From Folioceros fuciformis (taxonomy: Eukaryota), in the NCBI GenBank assembly GCA_049999805.1, contig JBNGIO010006285.1, positions 152,008 to 182,971 of the forward strand: 30,964 nucleotides of DNA. Reading direction: 5' to 3'. The translations under genes and the position numbers were made by a program. The first letter of the stretch is position 1, and each line of letters opens with the position of its first letter. The notes beneath the pieces were generated by a model. It was given only the letters and a program-made list of their open reading frames with translations. It was not told where the DNA came from and searched no databases. Below are positions 10,776 through 22,164 of the stretch, one piece after another.

Positions 10776-10995
10776 TATAAACCTCTAACCTCTATAAGGC
10801 TATAAAATTTACCATAAATGCTAATGTGTGTAGTAACCGTTAACCTTAGAAACTACCTTATAAATCTCTAACCTCTATAAGGCTATAAAATTTACCATAA
10901 ATGTTAATGTGTATAATAACCATTAACCTTAGAAACTATCTTATAAACCTCTAACCTCTATAAGGCTATAAAATTTACTATAAATGCTAACGTGT
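10776..10995. repeat. Tandem repeat, 83-bp period, about 2.6 copies
   Basis: Units begin tataaa(c/t)ctctaacctctataaggctataaaattta at 10776, 10859 and 10942. Confidence 0.95.
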
Positions 10996-11975
10996 AAAGC
11001 AAATCCAAGGGTTTAAGCAAATCCATGGAAACTGGCTCAATTACTGGTATGTTAAGAACAACAATTTCTTCTTGGCTCATGATTTTAACCGAATCTATGG
11101 AGATTGACTCAAGGTTTTTAAGAGAACCTATGGAGGCTGAAATATCTATGTCAAGCTTTTGAGAGAATCCGTAATAATCCTTGCTATATATATATGTGGA
11201 TGATCTCATTCTCATTTGCTATGATTTGGAACTTATGTAGAGTACAAAAGAAGAGCCTTCTTTGTGCTCCGCATAAGAGCCTAAACGATGTCCTGGTAGG
11301 GTTGTAGACCCAACCCAAAGTTGGATATGAGTATGCAGCAGTGCTGCAGTAGCCAAGATAGTTCCAGGCAGGTCCCCGCTGGTTGCGTAGGTGACCCAAT
11401 TGTGCAGATCCATGCTCTAGAGTTCCACGGACCAATGAGGAGCTGCGCTGGGAAGTTCTGGAAGGGACAGCCGGTGAGATGGTGTTGGTCCAGTGGGCCA
11501 GAGGTCCAGCAGTACCAGCTCGGAAATGAGCAGGTGCTCATTTCCAGCAACTTCGCGGAGGCGTCCACCATTCACAGTGTCGGGAACTGTTGGTGGATGC
11601 GACTGTCGGGTTTGACTGGATGGAATGGGCTCAACGGCCAAGTCTGATGAACACATACAAATACTGGAATCTTGCGAGTCCCAGGACAGAAGTGTCTACA
11701 ACAACGTTCTCATCTCGTTGAATTTGAAGCCCAGTCTGTTCAGGCTCCAGGTTTCCTCTACCTTACTGATCCAAAAGTCTTGTGAAAGCTGCAGCCAGGC
11801 ACCCAACTCGCTCCGGCAACACATCAGTTCTCCAAGCCTGTAAGCAAACTCCCCGACATCTGCGTTAATTGTTGTAGTGCTATGTAGATGAACTTGGAGT
11901 TTTTTTGCAGGCTGCAATGATTGACGGATGTATGTTGCAGCTGATTAATATTCTGTGACTTTCCAGCAGAACGTG

Positions 11976-12951
11976 ATGGCTCAGATCGGGGACCTCCAGG
12001 CAACCATCACTGCCCCTGCCGGCTGCTCCAAGACTTTGCACCTGGCCGGCCACGGTACCAGTCCGGATTCTTTGACATTCCATCTGTGCATGTTGTGACC
12101 AATTCGAGACCCGAAGCCTCAGGCACTACTTGTGCAATTTGTGACATTCTGCCTGGTCATGCCTGCAGGAGTGGAGGAGAAGAACATCCAAGGAAGCCAG
12201 GTGAAAGTGGCCCGGTTGGCTGTGTACGTAGAGAAAGATGTCACTTCTCACCTGCGAGCCTGGAAAGGGAAGTCTGCTCATGATCTGGCACATGACAACG
12301 CCTTCTTCACCGCCTTGATCAAAGGTGCCATTTCCACAAGCTTGCATTGATTTCCGAGATGCAGGTGTGAGTGATAGTCTGCTGTTGCGATCTGTCTGGT
12401 TTAGGACTGACAGCCTCGAGTGACTACGTCATTCATGATTGTGCAGCGCCTGTGGAGAAGTTTGTCAAGGTTGAGTTGCTCGTGGGTCCAGTTCCTGGGC
12501 CTAACTACGGACTCCAAGTAGAGGTGTCCACCAAGGAGAGGCTCGTGAAGGAAGGCAAGTTGGGAGAGGTTGAGGAGAAGGCTCTTGTGGAGCTGCTGCA
12601 CTTCTTCAAGCCCATCACCCAACTGGGCCCCTCTGTGCTATACGCCTTCCCCTCGCCGTCCGTCGTCGTCCTCACGGTACTCACAGCATGCATGTCAACC
12701 AACCATCTATACAGCTGGTTGATGGTCACCAAGACCTTACACCATATCCTGTTCACACCTTACAACTAAACCGTGTAAGCTGGTGTGGCTCTTGGTGTTT
12801 TCAGGTGCAAGCAGATGGAGGCGAGGCGTCTCATGCAATCTCTAACGAGGCTATTGTGTTCGCTCTGCTGGACACTGTTTTTGGCGGGAATACGCTCAGT
12901 CCTTCCGCTACTGCTTCCACTGTCGAAGGCATTGCTGCTTGGCTGAACTAG
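11976..12951 (+). CDS. Chalcone-isomerase-fold protein (divergent, CHIL-related), copy A, 203 aa; exons 11976-12054, 12169-12324, 12447-12676, 12805-12951
   Basis: Segments TITAPAGCSKTLHLAGHG, VYVEKDVTSHLRAWKGKSAHDLAHDNAFFTALIKAPVEKFVKV, GPNYGLQVE...KERL and LSPSATASTVEGIA align with CHI/CHIL. It has the four-exon structure typical of plant CHI genes. Putative leader intron 11840-11966/11969. Confidence 0.88.
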
Positions 12952-13109
12952 CACCCCCAAGGCTTTGAGCCACGGCATTCAGCACAACATGCCCTCTTCC
13001 ACAATGCCCTCCAGCTACGGGCAAGCTCGTCCTCGAGCTACCATGTGTCGTTTGCAATAATAAAGTCTTGTTTTCAATGTGATCATCTCTTTCGATTCAC
13101 TCCCTCATC

Positions 13110-13375
13110 GCCACCTAGCCCATTCCCCATTCCCTCCTAGCACTGTTACGGTATGTGGATCACAGATCCTGCGGGAGCAGCTAGTCAGGCCCCCCTTTCC
13201 ATTCGGACACTTTGAGGCATGCCATGCAATTCTCAACGAGGCTATTGCATTGGCTCTGACGGATACAATTCCTGGTGGGAACACTCCAAGTGCCTCTACT
13301 ACTGTTTCCACTCTCCAAGAAATCTCTGCTTGGCTGACAGAATCACACAAAAAAGCCACATTTATCAGGTACTAA
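13110..13375 (+). pseudogene. 3' fragment of a third CHI-fold coding sequence (end of exon 3, intron remnant, exon 4)
   Basis: FPPSTVT|gtatgt, then EACHAILNEAIALALTDTIPGGNTPSASTTVSTLQEISAWL, versus copy A EASHAISNEAIVFALLDTVFGGNTLSPSATASTVEGIAAWL. Confidence 0.8.
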
Positions 13376-14689
13376 TGTTCAGGATGAAGCTTCCTTTCCT
13401 CTTTCGTTCTTCCTGCTTACCACGTTCTGTTTTCTCGGAGCATGGAGTTTGAACGCTACTTCCGGTTACCTTCCCCAGGCCATTCTACTCATCACTGTCA
13501 TTCTTCATAAAATATTGTTATTTAATTATTTTAAAAGACTTCAATGCGGATTGAATGTTGGTCCTATTTGGATCTAGTATGAATCAAATTAGTCAGGTTA
13601 GTATCTGCTGAGAGTAGATTACTTGAGTATCATTCTTGTTCATTCCTTGCAGTCTAAGTATGTAATTTTATCTCACAAAAAACTCAATTTTATATTTTAA
13701 TCACCTTAAGATTAAGGTAAACTTGTATCTTAGTAAGACAAATAAAATTAGATGTCTCACAGTTAGATATCACTTAAGAAACTTGTCTCCCTCTTAGTGG
13801 TTTTCAAACATGAGACAATGATATGGTCTACAGGTGAGGTGCATACTTATGATTACAAGGTACCTATCACGGACGGTGTGGTGTTTCGGGAGCAAGATCT
13901 TAGTGAAAGTATGTTAGCTTTGTTAAAATTAATATGTATAGATGGATGAAGTTGAGAAACTGGATGTTGTAAGCGGCGTAAAAGCGAGTGATTGTAGGAA
14001 AATGGGTTTACCGCGTACGTTTGGCGCTTATAAATTTGTGGGTGTCCCGGAGCCTGGGATTCTCGATGAGCTGAAGAGAAGAGGGTGTCCGGCCATGGTC
14101 GATCCGCGGGAAGGTGTCGGGGTTGCGTGTGTAGCTGGGACTTGTGAGAGCTAGAGGAGCGGGCGCACGGATTGGTGGGGTCTGTACGCGCTGAGTCTGG
14201 GGGAGCGTGTTGGGGGCGCTGTACAGGTTGTGGGGTGTGGCACAAGTTTGGTCCGCGCGCATCGGCTTGCGGGTTTGGGGGGCGTCGGGTGCTGGTTGCT
14301 GGGAGTGATGGTTGTGCAGCGGGTGAGTGAACTGGGTGGTGGTAGGGAGTCTTTGTTTTCTGTGCCTGAGGACGAGAGAGGAGTGAACTGCCCACCAGAA
14401 ATTCAGGCAGTTGTTGGGCGGGAGGAGCAATTGCTGGGAGGAGGTGGGTGGTGGGAGAGTGCGGAGCAGGATCTTGGTGTACCGTTCTGGAAGGGGACTT
14501 GTTCTTGGGTTCTGAGTTGAAGTGGGAAACTCAAGAAGATTAAGTTCGGGGGTGGGGATGGCTTGGGCTGGCTTTGGGGAGCTTGGCTTCACTGACTCGT
14601 TGTTTGAATGGGAATGATGGGCGTGCAGGTGGAGCAGCTTTGACCCGTGTTGGGTACTTGGCCATTTCGTTTCCTCGCAGTTTGGGAAC

Positions 14690-17600
14690 ATGAATGACGG
14701 GTCGGGAAATTCGCTGGTAGCGGGGCCTGAGGGGAGGAAGAAAAGGGTGGCTTACTTTTATGATCCCGAAGTGGGTAACTACTACTATGGGCAGGGGCAC
14801 CCCATGAAGCCTCATCGAATACGCATGGCTCATTCTCTGCTAGTTCACTACGGGGTGCATCAGAAGATGGAGGTTTTACGGCCCTACCCGGCTAAGGATC
14901 GGGATCTTTGTAGATTTCACGCTGACGACTATGTGTCATTCTTGAGAACAGTCACTCCTGAGACGCAGCACGAGCAGCTCAGGCAGCTCAAGCGATTCAA
15001 CGTGGGTGAGGACTGTCCTGTCTTCGATGGACTTTATTCCTTCTGTCAGATATATGCAGGGGGTTCTGTCGGGGGCGCAGTGAAACTCAACCACTTGCAT
15101 TCTGACATTGCCATCAACTGGGCTGGAGGTCTTCACCATGCCAAGAAGTGCGAAGCATCGGGTTTTTGTTACGTGAATGACATTGTGCTGGCCATTTTGG
15201 AGCTCTTGAAGTATCATCCTGTAAGTTGCGGTCCTGTGCTCCCCAGCTTCTGTTATGCGTTTCTTAGGGTTTTCGCTATGCGCTACTGTGCAAGAAGTTG
15301 TAGTCGCGTCTTCTCCCATGTTCCTTATTGTCTTTCAACATCTGTGCAGCGGGTTCTTTACATCGATATTGATATCCACCATGGGGACGGAGTGGAAGAA
15401 GCCTTCTACACAACGGATCGTGTCATGACTGTATCATTTCACAAATTCGGTGATTATTTCCCTGGCACAGGTGACCTCCGGGATGTGGGATATGGGAAGG
15501 GCAAATACTATTCCCTGAATGTTCCCCTCAATGATGGTATAGACGATGACAGCTACCAGTCTTTATTTAAACCTATTATCACCAAGGTAATGCAAGTATA
15601 TGACCCAGGGGCAGTAGTACTGCAATGCGGAGCAGACTCTCTTTCAGAAGACAGACTTGGTTGCTTCAACCTGTCAGTGAAGGGACATGCTGAATGTGTG
15701 AGGTTCATGCGCTCATTTGGTGTTCCCCTGTTACTGGTGGGAGGTGGAGGCTACACCATCAGAAATGTAGCTAGGTGCTGGTGCTATGAGGTGCGCTTTA
15801 CTTCCCCTCATTCACTCCTTGTGGCATGTCTGATGGTCTTGGTGGGTCCAGTATGCCTGCTGCAGTCATGTGTGAAGACGTCACTGCTTTTATCAGGCCT
15901 TGTAGAGAGTTACCTTGTTTCCTAGACACCAGCAGCTCTTTGACTGGGTTGTGCTGGACATTACACACTTTCCTGTCTTGTGTGAGGATGTTGGGATATC
16001 TATGGTAATTATCTCCGAGCGTGCTTTCTTGTTCTAGACTTGCAGACCGGGGTAGCTGTGGGAGTTGAGCTCGACGATAAGATGCCTTACAACGACTACT
16101 ATGAGTATTTTGGACCTGACTACACTCTTCATGTAGCTCCTAGTAACATGGAGAATCAAAATACGAGGGCATACCTTGACAGCGTCAGGTCGTTCTGGAT
16201 TAGAGCGCACAGTGTTGCTTGAAATGATACCAGTGGCTATGCTGTCATGTCTTAAATGCGATTTGTTGTCTACTGCAGAGAAAGGTTGCTTGAAAATTTG
16301 TCCAAGTTACAGCATGTACCAAGTGTTCCCTTTCATGACAGGCCTCCAGACACAGAATTCCCAGAAGAGGTGAAATCTGCAGGACTTGGGTTTTGGGATC
16401 TCGTCTACTAGGATTTGTATTTTGTACGTGACGTGAATTGTTCCGGTTCTCTTTTTCAACTCTTCTGGCTTGTGTAGGATGACGAAGACATGGATGCCCG
16501 AGGAAAAAGCCGTGCGTGGGATGGATCACTCTCAGATTCTGATGGGGAAGATGGTCCAGGACCCAGGCCTAGATACCGAGATAGCATGGCCAGTGACAAC
16601 TACGTTCCAAGGTCGTGCCGAAAGTATCTCGATTGGAAAGTTCCTTTTTTTGCTGAAGTACTTTGTGCTGGGAGACTAATTTGAGGTTGAGAGTCGGTTG
16701 TGATCTTTCAGGAGGCCGATGTTGGTTAACATTGAAAGAACACTGGCAAAAGTGAAAGAGGAGCAGGAGTCAACAGATGCCGCATCCATGGTTAGTCTTC
16801 TTGCTGGCACGTTACGTGCGCTTCTTCGTCTTCACAATCTTGAAACTAAGGCCTTATGTATGTTTGTGGGTTTTAGTGCGGGTCTCGTGATTCACGTATC
16901 GTTGTGAGTTCAGGATGAGGACAGTGAAGATGAGGACGTGCCGAAGTCCGCAATCCCTGACAAGGAAGTGAAAACGGAAGTGGGAGAGGTTAGTTCTTTG
17001 GGAGGGGAGGGGGGTCGTCCTATCAAAGGTATCTTTCCAGGTTTGCCTCTCACAACAGGAATGGTGGCTTGTGCACAGCCCATGGAACTGGACCCTGAGC
17101 AGGCAACTGCAAATGAGCATGTGGTAAAGCCGGCAGAGGAAAGGGGTGACTTGGAGATGCGGGACGCATCAGACGTGGAAGTGAGCTCAGTCACGGGCGC
17201 AATAGAACCATCACAACCAGTTGTTGTGTCAGCTCCAACGCCTACAGCAGGGAGTCATTTACCTCCTCCATTCAACTCCAAGCCACCGACTGGGCGTTCG
17301 GCTCCTGCCCAGGAAGTTGCCGATTCCAAGTCTGTTACTGCAGCCCAAGAAGGTGCTGGCGGCCCGGCTGTTTCAAGTGCAGAGACCTCGGGAGCCCCTG
17401 CAGTGTCTGGCCAACGGGCATCGGGCTCCCATGCAGGGGTTGTTTCCGGGGCCAGTACTGCTTGGCCGCAGCAGCCGGTGCTGCATGGAGCCAGGCCGTC
17501 CCATCTCTCAGGGGGCAGTAGCCTTGCTGCGGGAAAGGGAGCTGCAATTCTGGGCCCAGGCCCTCCCGGCCTTGGAGGCTCCCAGGCCGGGTTGTTGCCT

Positions 17601-17876
17601 CGGCCGACCATAGTACCCAACATGTTGGCTGTCCGACCAGGCGGGCCCCTGGGCAGTGTAGCCATGGGCAATACAACCATGATGTTTCCACAGCCGAGAC
17701 CCTCAACTCAAGCTCCCAGATTCTCCATTCCAGGCACGTCTGGCCCAGCTGTAACTGTTACATCATCGGCGGATACCTCCTCCGCCGGCCTTCTGGGACA
17801 CACACCTGCAGATGCAGCTGCCAACAACATGAACCACCAAACTCCTGCAGGTCAAGGTTCTTCCCGGATGCCCTAG
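14690..17876 (+). CDS. Class I RPD3-type histone deacetylase (HDA19/HDA6-like), about 763 aa; exons 14690-15220, 15350-15790, 16046-16188, 16279-16369, 16478-16611, 16712-16790, 16914-16988, 17079-17876
   Basis: Motifs [54 protein letters not shown] and [14 protein letters not shown]. Splice phases are consistent through to the stop at 17876. The 3' exons are less certain than the catalytic domain. Confidence 0.93.
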
Positions 17877-18348
17877 GTTCAAGATATTACATTATGTCTG
17901 TGCAGGATATATTTCTTTTCAATCAGTCCATCGATGAATCAAATTAGTCAAGTATAATTCCTAGCTAGAAAGGCTGAGACTCGAGTGTACAGCGATGAAT
18001 TTTGTCTTCATAGTCTGTAGACATCACTTGTCCAAGGCACCAGTCCCTAGCAGTCTGCCATACAAATTAGAACCAAGCAGGTTCCCTCTGCCTGGCAAAT
18101 GGCAGACTTGTGCGGAAGATAATCTTATTTGAAAGGTCAATCAGATTGCAATTTATATTACAAGTTGTCGATTGCACCGAAATGGGTGCAGAGGAGTCTC
18201 AACTGAATCAAAATCGGCAGCAGCCCTTGAGGAAAGCGCCTGAGTTACAAGGGAACTGTCTTAGGAAGACTTGAGTCCAGGGAGAGTGGGAGGCTCAAAT
18301 TGCCAAGCCACAGTGAGGTTGCTGCAACACTTCGACAACGAGCTGAGC

Positions 18349-19497
18349 TCAGATGATTGGAAAGACGAGCAAGAAGGGAGCCGCGCATGTGATGCACTTG
18401 TCAACTGACATAAGCTGAGGCCTGACCACTGACAGCGTTGCGGGGAGACTTGGACAGTCTGAAAATCCTGCTGAGAAAGTAAAGGAAGGATAGATTAGGC
18501 GGATAAGCGAATAAGAGATGAGAAGCGGAATCAGGAAGAAAATTATGGCAATAGCAACGGTGATGTTCCAGGCAGCAGGAGTATACATGGCGGAAGGGCT
18601 GCCGCAGGCGGGCACAGTCGCAGAGGGCGAAGTTGGAAGCATAGTGATGGAGTCATCGTCGGTGTCGCTGGACAGCATTGCAGGGCAGAGGCAGGAGGCC
18701 AGCGTGCCGTCCTCCGATATGATAGGTAGTTCCGGCTTCCAGGAGCCGCTGTAGGTGCGCAGAGAGCGCCGTCTTCTCCTGGCAAACTTGGCGGGACTTG
18801 CATTCGCAGGCCGATCCTGCCAGGACCTCATCACCGGCTTCAAACTGCCGCTTTGCACAACAGTATGCTTGGTGAGCAGCTCGTACACGAGGTGGTGTGC
18901 CGGGCCCGGTTTGGAGCCGGTATCGAAGGCCGTGCCTAACTCGGGCGAAATCTTGGTGGAGATCCTCCTGGCTATGGCCGACTTGAGGGCTCCGCCTTGG
19001 CTCCCGCCCTGATTGCTGGATCCGGGGCCCCGTCTAGATCTTTGCAAACCGGAAAGATCCTCCCCGGACGATCTCCTCAAAAGATTGGACAGCGAGTTTG
19101 ACCCGTAACTGTGGAGGTTGCTCGCCCCGGTTTCCTGATCCTGTTCCTGTTCCTGCCGCTGCTCTGGCAGGGGAAGCGGCAAGACGAAGTATAGATGCCC
19201 GCGCTGCAGCTTCGCATCCAGGGGGAGACTTGGTCCTCCTTGCACCGGAGACGCTGGTGCGAAGAGCGGATTGTCCGCCATCCGAGCTGGTGGAGGAGGC
19301 GGGAAGAGCGGGGAGTTCGTCCCAGGAGTGGATGCCTCGCAAACGTAGTAGCAATCACCGCTCTTCAATCGCCGTAGAAGCTCTCCAACTGTGGTGGCCT
19401 TTCTCATCGTTAACACCTGGCCATCAGCTCGCACCACTCGCGCCGGCCCGGCAGAGCTCCAGCATCCGAGGCACATGTACTTGGACACCTTCCCCAT
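18349..19497 (-). CDS. DUF4228/PADRE-domain protein
   Basis: MG...C N-terminus, ARVVRADGQV, TVGELL, LPLDAKLQRGHLYFVLP and SWKPELPIISE match DUF4228 hallmarks. The 3' end is uncertain. Confidence 0.8.
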   Translation of the reverse strand: MGKVSKYMCLGCWSSAGPARVVRADGQVLTMRKATTVGELLRRLKSGDCYYVCEASTPGTNSPLFPPPPPARMADNPLFAPASPVQGGPSLPLDAKLQRGHLYFVLPLPLPEQRQEQEQDQETGASNLHSYGSNSLSNLLRRSSGEDLSGLQRSRRGPGSSNQGGSQGGALKSAIARRISTKISPELGTAFDTGSKPGPAHHLVYELLTKHTVVQSGSLKPVMRSWQDRPANASPAKFARRRRRSLRTYSGSWKPELPIISEDGTLASCLCPAMLSSDTDDDSITMLPTSPSATVPACGSPSAMYTPAAWNITVAIAIIFFLIPLLISYSLIRLIYPSFTFSAGFSDCPSLPATLSVVRPQLMSVDKCITCAAPFLLVFPII

Positions 19498-21546
19498 CGC
19501 TAATTCCTGTTCCGAACAACGCCAGATTCCGATCAATTCTGATACAAGCCCTTCTCCGCTTCCTCAGCTGAATCCAAAAGCCTGGGACATTCTCGGAACC
19601 AAAATCCCTGCCATCACTCGGGGACTTCCTCACAACGCTCGCTTGCCGAGAGAGGCGAATTCCTTCAACGAGTCAACCCGACCGCGCATCGTTTCCAGCA
19701 CATCGATGTCGACTTCCATGCACGCGCGACAAGCTTCTTGTGGTCTAGCACTGAACACCGAGCGTGAAGGAGAGCCGCAAATCGAGTCGTGAGACGCTCA
19801 ATGCACCGGCAGTAGCGGCAAGCAGGGAGGACCGAGGCGCAAGTTCGCGAAGAGCTCAGGAATATAAGGCGTGGAAGCAGAGAAAGGAGAAGGCAAAAGG
19901 CGGCTGCAGGAGAAATCTGGCGAAACTGGAAGACGGTCAGCGTGTGTGAGGTTGCGCGCCTGTCCTTGCGGACAGAATGCGGACGGCGCGGCCAAATCCC
20001 GTCCGAGGCCGCCACTTGGAGTCCGCACAGCTCCCGTCGCTTTATCTTTTATTAAACGCTGCCTTGTGGCTTTGCACTTCTGTGGGAAACGTGCCTACCG
20101 CTTCTAATGAAAGCGGCAACGTTGAACGCTGTACAGAGAACGAAACGCAACACGACTCACAGAACACGTCTCATGAATTACGAATCACGGCGGCAGCCGG
20201 GCCGCGCACCGGCCGTGAATGCTGCCAAGGAAGGCATGTAGGTTTTATCGCGCTCATTAGAGGACCGACATGACTACACTCAAAGTATATGTGCAGGGAG
20301 GAGCGATCTGGTGGAGCCGCTCGTCAGAGTTTGAGCGGCAAGGCAGCTCGCTTTTTGGAGGTTTTCACAGGAAGCAAGCCAGGGCGACAGGCGGCAGCCA
20401 GTGGACAGCGCGGAGGTAGCCAGGGCAGCGGCCAGCGGCCAGCGGTGATCGTGATGATCGCTCATCACAGAGCGGGGCCAAAGCTGCTGACACCGCCATA
20501 GCCGTGACTGGTTGCTACCTCCATTACAGCCGCCTGACGGCCGTGGTCCTGACTCCTCCCTGCCTTGCATGCAGTTGAAACCGACACAACGCTGTCACTC
20601 CCCTCATCCATCACTTGAGCTGGAATAACGTCTTCTTGCTTGCAGCATGAACTACTACACAGCGTAGAGTCTGACGAAAGATGTTGTCAAGCCCCAGTTT
20701 GTATGTACATACGTCCATACTGTACCTCGAAATCACATCCAGTAGGAAATGTTGGCGAGCGTGTGTGATTGGGTTGAGGTCAGATTATATGTTCTGTGAA
20801 GAGGGATGGGCCCAGGTATGTCCGTGCTTCCACTTCTTCCACACAGCTTCAAAGACTGGCGTTACAGTACACTCTCTGCTTGCCTTGTGGTGAAGGTGAT
20901 GATCAAGTGTGGTTGATGAGACTAGGGTTCCGGTCTGTCCAGAATGCGAGTACAGGTACAGTGCGTACGCGATGCGTTTGCCTGCTCACAATCATGCCCG
21001 TGGCCTGACAGGCGGGCGTTTATGCGTCTGCCTGTGCTGGAGTAGTAATGGCGCCTGCAACTGAATCACGGGGTGGAGATATAGTCTGCGGATTGCTGGC
21101 CGGTCCAGTAATTGCTGTGGAAGCGGGTAACCCCAACCACGCGTCATCAATCACACCCCGCTCTCAGAACTTGTCACGTTGCAGTTACTCTGCTGTATCT
21201 TGGGGTATGATTTTCTTCACCGACTCCAGATCAATTTCATAAAGAATGCAGAATAGAGAAATCGGCGATGCATTATTGGCGGCAACAGATCCTGAATAAC
21301 TTTCTACCACGAGAACTTGTGAGTCGGAGGAGTAGATTTTGTTCATAATTCCAACTCCTGCTTGCGAGTCACGAAATGAGAAGAGTAGCTTCGTACGATG
21401 GCCCGTAGGATCCCTGCTTAGCTGCAGGCAGTGGAGGCGAGGGAATTCAAAACTTCGCGGGGTTGTACATCAGGACACATCACATGATACTGCGCTGCGC
21501 TGCGAATTCTAGCCTTCGCAGGGTATGGAAGAGAGTCTGGTGCACC

Positions 21547-22164
21547 TCAGTCCTCTTCCAAATTGATCGAGTCTTTGAACTTCCCATACAGTATCCTCTT
21601 CAGCTCTGCCATCTTGGCAAGCACCGCATCTTTCTCCTCTTCCACACGAGCCAGGTCCTTTGTTGTTTCCTCCTTCAGTTGTTCCAGCCTGTTCTCCACT
21701 TCATCCCTCGACAAATGACTGAAAACCTCACCAATTTGGTACCGCACCACTTCGTCATCAGACAGAATCAGCTCGTTGCCTGCGTCTTCCAGATTCTCAG
21801 CCGTATCCTTTTACACATGACAAGAGAATCAAGTCAACAAGGCAATTGGCATCGGCATCACGAGCACGGGCCAGGACAGCGCACGACTGACCGTGCTCTA
21901 GCATAACCTAATTCCCAAAAGCAGTCTCACCTTCTTGATCTTGATCTCATCTTCCAGCTCGTGGAACTTGCTGTTGAGCCTTCCGAAAGTGTTGATGTTC
22001 AGTTGGTCCTCCCAAGTTACCTCGGTCTCTACTCCATCTCCCTGTAAGAACCACAGCACACTTGCTTAACGCTCCAAGATGATGAACCTATCTGAAGGAT
22101 GAGATGCCGTCAGTGTCATAGCAGGGTGGTCCGTCTGCGAGCAAAAACAGCCAACCTGCTGCAT
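21547..22164 (-). CDS. PFD4: Prefoldin subunit 4, 126 aa; exons 22164-22156, 22041-21931, 21807-21547
   Basis: [26 protein letters not shown]...[12 protein letters not shown]...YQIGEVF...[18 protein letters not shown]. Confidence 0.95.

Noticed and set aside
10958-11215. 85-aa minus-strand ORF with an LRR-like phrase (SIGSLKNLESISI)
   Set aside because: A single short match running into a tandem repeat; insufficient to call.
6918-11230. Helitron or Pack-MULE carrying the GH17 gene
   Set aside because: I could not find TC...CTRR ends with a subterminal hairpin, TIRs or a TSD. The block is kept only as a compositional island.
11281-11917. Conserved upstream region as a coding exon or antisense gene
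   Set aside because: No reading frame is preserved across the three copies. Frames in phase with the CHI-fold ATG hit stops (11783, 22831).
13853-14691. Long Pro/His/Thr-rich minus-strand ORFs (180 and 227 aa)
   Set aside because: They are the complement of the G/T-rich HDAC leader and intron, with no recognisable domain.
17221-17706. Overlapping alternative-frame and antisense ORFs in the HDAC last exon
   Set aside because: Expected by chance in GC-rich coding sequence.
20896-21008. Possible C/D box snoRNA (TGATGA...CTGA)
   Set aside because: No terminal stem or recognisable rRNA-complementary guide was seen.
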